A stretch of DNA of 28,605 nucleotides from Candidatus Muiribacteriota bacterium (GTDB lineage Bacteria; Muiribacteriota; Muiribacteriia; Muiribacteriales; Muiribacteriaceae), in NCBI GenBank assembly GCA_051747805.1, contig JBNJGP010000032.1, positions 1 through 28,605 on the forward strand, written 5' to 3'. The notes under the pieces are model-generated. The model ran no database searches. It was not told the DNA's origin and saw only the letters and a program-made list of their open reading frames with translations. Shown here one piece after another: positions 24,121 through 28,605 of this stretch (positions are counted from its first letter, which is position 1; every line of letters begins with the position of its first letter). The position numbers were made by a program, and so were the translations under genes.

Positions 24121-25972
24121 TTTTATTTTTATGCTTCATCTACATCAACCTTTTGGTAATTTTGATTATGTAACAGACAAAGTTTTTAAAAGTTCATACA
24201 GACCTTTTATAGATGAACTTGAAAGGTTCCCGGAAATAAATTTTTCACTTCATATATCAGGCCCTCTTCTTATATGGATAAATAAAAACTATCCTGAATT
24301 CATTGAAAAACTAAAATTTTTAATAAAAAGAGAACAGCTTGAAATGCTTGGTGGAAGCTATTCTGAAGCTGTACTTCCAACCCTACAGTCAAATATAATC
24401 AACCAGCAAATATTAAAATATAAAGAGTTATTTCACTCAATTTTCGATAAAAATATATCGCTTAAAGGTTTCTGGCTCACTGAAAGAGTATGGAAAGATG
24501 AACTTATCACCCCTCTTGCCGAGGCAGGATATGAATATACGTTTCTTGATTTTAACCATATAGAAAGGGCCGGAAAGAATCCTGAAAATTCAATTTTCGA
24601 GGTTCAAAAAAACGGAGCCAGCCTCAAAATCCTTCCAATTAATACTTTTTTGCGATACAACTTCCCATTTAAATCCCCGGAATCAATTCTGAAATATTTA
24701 AAAACACAAAAAATAGCAATTCATGCTGATGATGGCGAAAAATTCGGTGACTGGCCAGGAATGTATGAATACCTTTATAAAAATGGCCATTTAAATAATC
24801 TACTTTCCGAACTTGAAGAAAATAATATTTTATTTTTAAATCTCACCGAATTTATCCAGAAACAAAAGTGTCAAAAATTATATATACAAGAAAACTCCTA
24901 TGATGCAATGAATAAATGGTCTATGAACCCAGAACATCTTATAAAAATATATAAAGAAAACGATGAAGAAACAATTAATAAAAATCAGGATTATTTCTGG
25001 ACAGGAAGTTTTTTTAACTTTTTTTATAAATATCCAGAATCCGGGTTAATTCACGAGAAAAATAGAATTTACTCAGACATATTCAGACACGATAAAGATG
25101 TTTTCACACAACTGCTTCAATCTCAATGTTGTTGTGGATACTGGCATGGTGTTTTTGGCGGAATATATCTTCCTCATTTAAGAGACGCTATAAATCTTGG
25201 AAATATTTATGCTGAAGAAAAACTGCCAGATGGCGTAAACAATATCGAAAAATTTACTGTATTAAAAAATTCAAATATGGCCCTGACAATCAATCAAAAA
25301 GGCGGTGGAATATCGCATCTTAATGTTTTTAAAGATAAAAAAAATATTTTTAACTCATTATCAAGAAAACCAGAATTCTATCATAAAGATATTGCTGAGC
25401 CAGTATATTATGATTATTATCAAAGAAATAATTTTATCGAACATATAACCAGGAAAATCGCTGATCCCGACAGTTATTTAAAAAATAAATACGGTGAACA
25501 AAGTAAAATATGGGAAAAAAATTTTAACCTCAGATGCAAAGAACATAATATAATAGAACTTTCCGGTCAGGACAAGGCACTTTTAAATGATAAAATTGTA
25601 AATATAAAAATAAATAAAAAATTTATATTAAAAAATAATCAACTCACAGTAGAATACAATTTTGAAAACACTGAAGATTTTGGGGAATATTTCGCAGTAT
25701 GTGAATTAAACTTTCATAACGTTTACGGAGACGAAATTCAGAATTTCAACACTGATTTTTTTGAATTAAAGGCAGATTTTTTTCCAGATATAAAAGTTAC
25801 ATTAAGCGAAAATGTAAAATGTTTTCTAGTCCCTGTTGAAACATTTTCTATCTATCATCAAAAAAACGAAACAATAAAGCAGAGTTACACAGCTTTAGTG
25901 CATATACCCATTAAAAATAAAAAATTTCAAATAAAACTAAATATAGGGGGTCGGAGCGTCGATTTTTCATAA
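24101..25972 (+). CDS. GH57 alpha-amylase / 4-alpha-glucanotransferase
   Basis: HLHQP.GNF, GFWLTERVW, LRY.FPF, DDGEKFG.WPG, QC...YWHGVFGGIYLPHLR. Confidence 0.93.
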   Translation: MKNQKTDFIFMLHLHQPFGNFDYVTDKVFKSSYRPFIDELERFPEINFSLHISGPLLIWINKNYPEFIEKLKFLIKREQLEMLGGSYSEAVLPTLQSNIINQQILKYKELFHSIFDKNISLKGFWLTERVWKDELITPLAEAGYEYTFLDFNHIERAGKNPENSIFEVQKNGASLKILPINTFLRYNFPFKSPESILKYLKTQKIAIHADDGEKFGDWPGMYEYLYKNGHLNNLLSELEENNILFLNLTEFIQKQKCQKLYIQENSYDAMNKWSMNPEHLIKIYKENDEETINKNQDYFWTGSFFNFFYKYPESGLIHEKNRIYSDIFRHDKDVFTQLLQSQCCCGYWHGVFGGIYLPHLRDAINLGNIYAEEKLPDGVNNIEKFTVLKNSNMALTINQKGGGISHLNVFKDKKNIFNSLSRKPEFYHKDIAEPVYYDYYQRNNFIEHITRKIADPDSYLKNKYGEQSKIWEKNFNLRCKEHNIIELSGQDKALLNDKIVNIKINKKFILKNNQLTVEYNFENTEDFGEYFAVCELNFHNVYGDEIQNFNTDFFELKADFFPDIKVTLSENVKCFLVPVETFSIYHQKNETIKQSYTALVHIPIKNKKFQIKLNIGGRSVDFS

Positions 25973-26248
25973 GTTTTTCGCAAAACCGTTTATTAAAGCC
26001 ATTTTCATAAAAGAAATTGAAAATTTTTTACTAAATCCCCCTATATTACTAAAATTTTTAGTAAATTCTGTTTAAAAAAATAATGAATTTTTGTTTGATT
26101 TTTTTAATTTTTTTAAAAATGAAAAAAAATGAAAAAGACATTATTTAATGATATATTCCTTAATAACGAAAATACAAGGGTGTTTTTTTATTATATTTTT
26201 ACTTATATTCTTAAGTATTTAAAAATGAAAAATCGACGCTCCGACCCC
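25947..26248. mobile_element. 302-bp MITE-like element with perfect 24-bp terminal inverted repeats
   Basis: GGGGTCGGAGCGTCGATTTTTCAT (25947-25970) and ATGAAAAATCGACGCTCCGACCCC (26225-26248); extremely AT-rich interior. Confidence 0.8.
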
Positions 26249-26249
26249 A

Positions 26250-27062
26250 TTATATTTCGTTGAGGAGAATTATGCCGAGGACTATTAAGGCATAGCCAAT
26301 TTTCTGTCTGAGGGTGAATTTTGCCTTCCAGAAAATTTTATCACATAAAACAGAAACAAGCACGACGCCTGAGCCAAAAAAAGGATATGAAATTACTGCT
26401 GGAACCTCTTTTAATCCCATCAGAAAAAAAAGTGAGGTAAGCTGATTTGGAATTCCGACCATAAAGCCGGTTAAAACATTTGAAAAAAGTGGAACCCTTT
26501 TTTGTTTAATAAGCATGGCGGAATTAATAATAAAGGCGGTGAAGAATAAAAAAAATAAAAATGTATTCATATCTGCACCATAGGCAGTTTCATAAAATTT
26601 CAGAGAAAAATCCGCCATTCCTGTCATTAAAAATAAAAAAATTAAAAATAGTTTATTATGGGCAGGTTTTTTTCCTGAAATAATATAAAATGCGTATAAA
26701 ATAATTAATATTCCAGTTATATTCATAAAGCTGATAAGCTCTCTGAAAAAAATAACAGAAAAAACAACAGGGACTACAAGCGATATACGCATTATGCCCA
26801 CGCTCAGGGATAAACCGTTAATATCAATATTTTTATTATAAATGAAAAAATTAAAAATAAAGAGTATGCCTGTAAAAGCCCCGCAGATAAGTTCAGGCCA
26901 TCCAAAAACAAACCCTCCCGCCTGATAGGCCATATAGTAGCTGAATAGAAAAGCAACAAGATAATTACCCCAGAAAATATCAGTTATATTTTTCTTTAAT
27001 GAAAACTTCAGAATATTTGCAATAGCAACAGAGGCTAAAATAGCCAGCACAAGATATACCAT
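26250..27062 (-). CDS. DMT/EamA superfamily transporter
   Basis: About 10 TM helices in two related halves; SLVVPVVFSVIFFRE and VPAVISYP...VLVSVL...FWK. Confidence 0.8.
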   Translation of the reverse strand: MVYLVLAILASVAIANILKFSLKKNITDIFWGNYLVAFLFSYYMAYQAGGFVFGWPELICGAFTGILFIFNFFIYNKNIDINGLSLSVGIMRISLVVPVVFSVIFFRELISFMNITGILIILYAFYIISGKKPAHNKLFLIFLFLMTGMADFSLKFYETAYGADMNTFLFFLFFTAFIINSAMLIKQKRVPLFSNVLTGFMVGIPNQLTSLFFLMGLKEVPAVISYPFFGSGVVLVSVLCDKIFWKAKFTLRQKIGYALIVLGIILLNEI

Positions 27063-27105
27063 TTTTTTTTATACTCCTTCATCATACTCTAATTTTTACA
27101 ATTAA

Positions 27106-28605
27106 TTATCTGGAAACATACTGAATTCTGTCGGCCACGTTAACAATATGATCTCCGATTCTTTCAAAAGTGGACATAGCACGAATAAATAGAACGCTTG
27201 AACGTATATCATCGCAGTTTGGACCAACACAATGTTTTGAACTTTTTGAAACTGCCTCTTTAGTCAGGGAATTAATTTCTGCTTCATTTTTAAAAATACG
27301 TTTTACAGCATCGCCGTCGCCCTCAAAAGCTTTATTTAACTCTTTAAAGTTTTTTTCAATTAAGTTTTTTATTTTTTTCATATTTTCAAGTTCCATAGAA
27401 CTGAAATTAATTTTAAGTTTTTTTCTTTCACCCCCTGCCCTCACAATTTTACCGGCCAGGTCTCCTATTCTTTCAGCATCATTAATACAATGCAGCATTG
27501 GGGCAATTCTTTCAGACTGTTCTTCGGTAATATATCCTTCAGCAAGTTTAATTATATAATCAGTAATATCCTCCTGCAGGGTATCAACAAGCTCTTCCCG
27601 GCGCAGCACTTTTTCTTTTTTTGTCTCTTTTTTGTCACCAATTAAATCTTTATATGCCCTGAAAACATTTTTAGAGGCAACATTTATCATATAAAGAAGT
27701 TCTTTTCTTCCCTGTTCAAGGGCAAGTTCAGGTGTTGAGAGCAGATTTTCTTCCAGATAGCTTATTTTAATCTCACCTTCTCTAACAGGCATTATCCATT
27801 CAATAAATTTCGCCATATAATTAATAAAAGGAAGTAAAATAATTACCATACTCACATTAAAAAAGGAATGTGCCATTGCAATATGTCTTTCAATGTTAAG
27901 AGCTTCGCCTGCAAAAACATCACCCGGGGTAATTCTATTTATAAAATTTAAAAAAATTGGCTGAGAATCAATTTGTACATAAAGAAGCCCCACCATTACA
28001 AGAGCACCTGTTATATTAAAAATTGAGTGAAAAATACCCGCCCTCTTGGCCATTGGATTACCGCCTATAGTTGCCAGCACGGCTGTTATTGTTGTACCGA
28101 TATTATCACCTAAAATGAGAGGAAAAGCTGTATAAAAGTTAATCAATCCACTTCCGGCAAGAGCCATTGTTAAACCTATTGTTGCGGACGAACTCTGCAC
28201 TACTGCAGTTAAAACTGCACCAATTATAACGGCACCAATAACGTTTGAGAACGGAACAACTCCATCAACTGGAGTGCTGTCAAACATGGCAAAAAAGGTT
28301 TTAAAAAGTTCACTTTCTCTCAAAGGATAAAGACTGTTACTCATTGTAGTCATTCCAAGAAAAAGCAATCCAAAACCTAGTATGCATTCACCCCAGTTTG
28401 CGATTTTCTTTCCCTTAAAAAAGAAATAAAGAATTATACCAAGAATTATTGCCGGATAAGCAAGTTCACTTATATTGAAAGCGATTATCTGGCCCGTTAT
28501 AGTAGTTCCAACATTAGCTCCCATAATAGCCGACATTGCCTGCCTTAATCCAAGCAGCCCGGCATTCATGAACCCTACAATCATTACCGTGCAGGCTGAA
28601 GAAGA
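27106..28605 (-). CDS. Na/Pi cotransporter family protein with PhoU-like C-terminal helices; 5' end lies outside the window
   Basis: IMGANVGTTIT, VQSSSAT, LGDNIGTTITA, then two ERIGD motifs. Confidence 0.92.
   Translation of the reverse strand, partial: SSSACTVMIVGFMNAGLLGLRQAMSAIMGANVGTTITGQIIAFNISELAYPAIILGIILYFFFKGKKIANWGECILGFGLLFLGMTTMSNSLYPLRESELFKTFFAMFDSTPVDGVVPFSNVIGAVIIGAVLTAVVQSSSATIGLTMALAGSGLINFYTAFPLILGDNIGTTITAVLATIGGNPMAKRAGIFHSIFNITGALVMVGLLYVQIDSQPIFLNFINRITPGDVFAGEALNIERHIAMAHSFFNVSMVIILLPFINYMAKFIEWIMPVREGEIKISYLEENLLSTPELALEQGRKELLYMINVASKNVFRAYKDLIGDKKETKKEKVLRREELVDTLQEDITDYIIKLAEGYITEEQSERIAPMLHCINDAERIGDLAGKIVRAGGERKKLKINFSSMELENMKKIKNLIEKNFKELNKAFEGDGDAVKRIFKNEAEINSLTKEAVSKSSKHCVGPNCDDIRSSVLFIRAMSTFERIGDHIVNVADRIQYVSR

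Noticed and set aside
184..27559. Other short antisense ORFs in the track (184-366, 367-597, 1253-1564, 2633-2851, 9511-9810, 11377-11604, 11809-12015, 14495-14680, 18937-19365, 20233-20463, 20874-21083, 22735-22932, 27170-27559)
   Set aside because: All lie opposite well-supported genes and show no recognisable motifs; they are shadow ORFs

Overview
Very AT-rich chromosomal DNA, apparently from an anaerobic diderm bacterium (it encodes the HydF maturase and a TonB-dependent receptor). Protein genes: radC, a FapA/DUF342 protein, two PAS proteins, hydF, an orphan sensor kinase, a cobalamin riboswitch-controlled TonB receptor, a CxxCxxCC protein coupled to a MATE exporter, a 2-hydroxyacid dehydrogenase, an Mrp/Mbh-type cation antiporter operon, a B12 radical SAM plus M20 hydrolase pair, a nitroreductase, two GH57 proteins around a GT2, a DMT transporter and a partial Na/Pi cotransporter. 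No rRNA, tRNA, CRISPR array, integrase or transposase was seen. Most notable: (1) a duplicated non-coding array of 22-nt units, each a constant TTTACT linker plus a 16-nt hairpin whose stem sequence changes while pairing is kept (1-63 and 3228-3359); (2) two MITE-like elements with GGGGTC-initiated terminal inverted repeats, each supplying the C-terminus of a neighbouring protein, plus dispersed related GTGGTCAGGCCTA motifs; (3) an Mrp-like operon with PTS EIIA-like and PII-like genes embedded among the membrane subunits; (4) a 9-codon ORF with a strong Shine-Dalgarno between the B12 riboswitch and its receptor gene. All family calls come from motif recognition by eye, not database searches.
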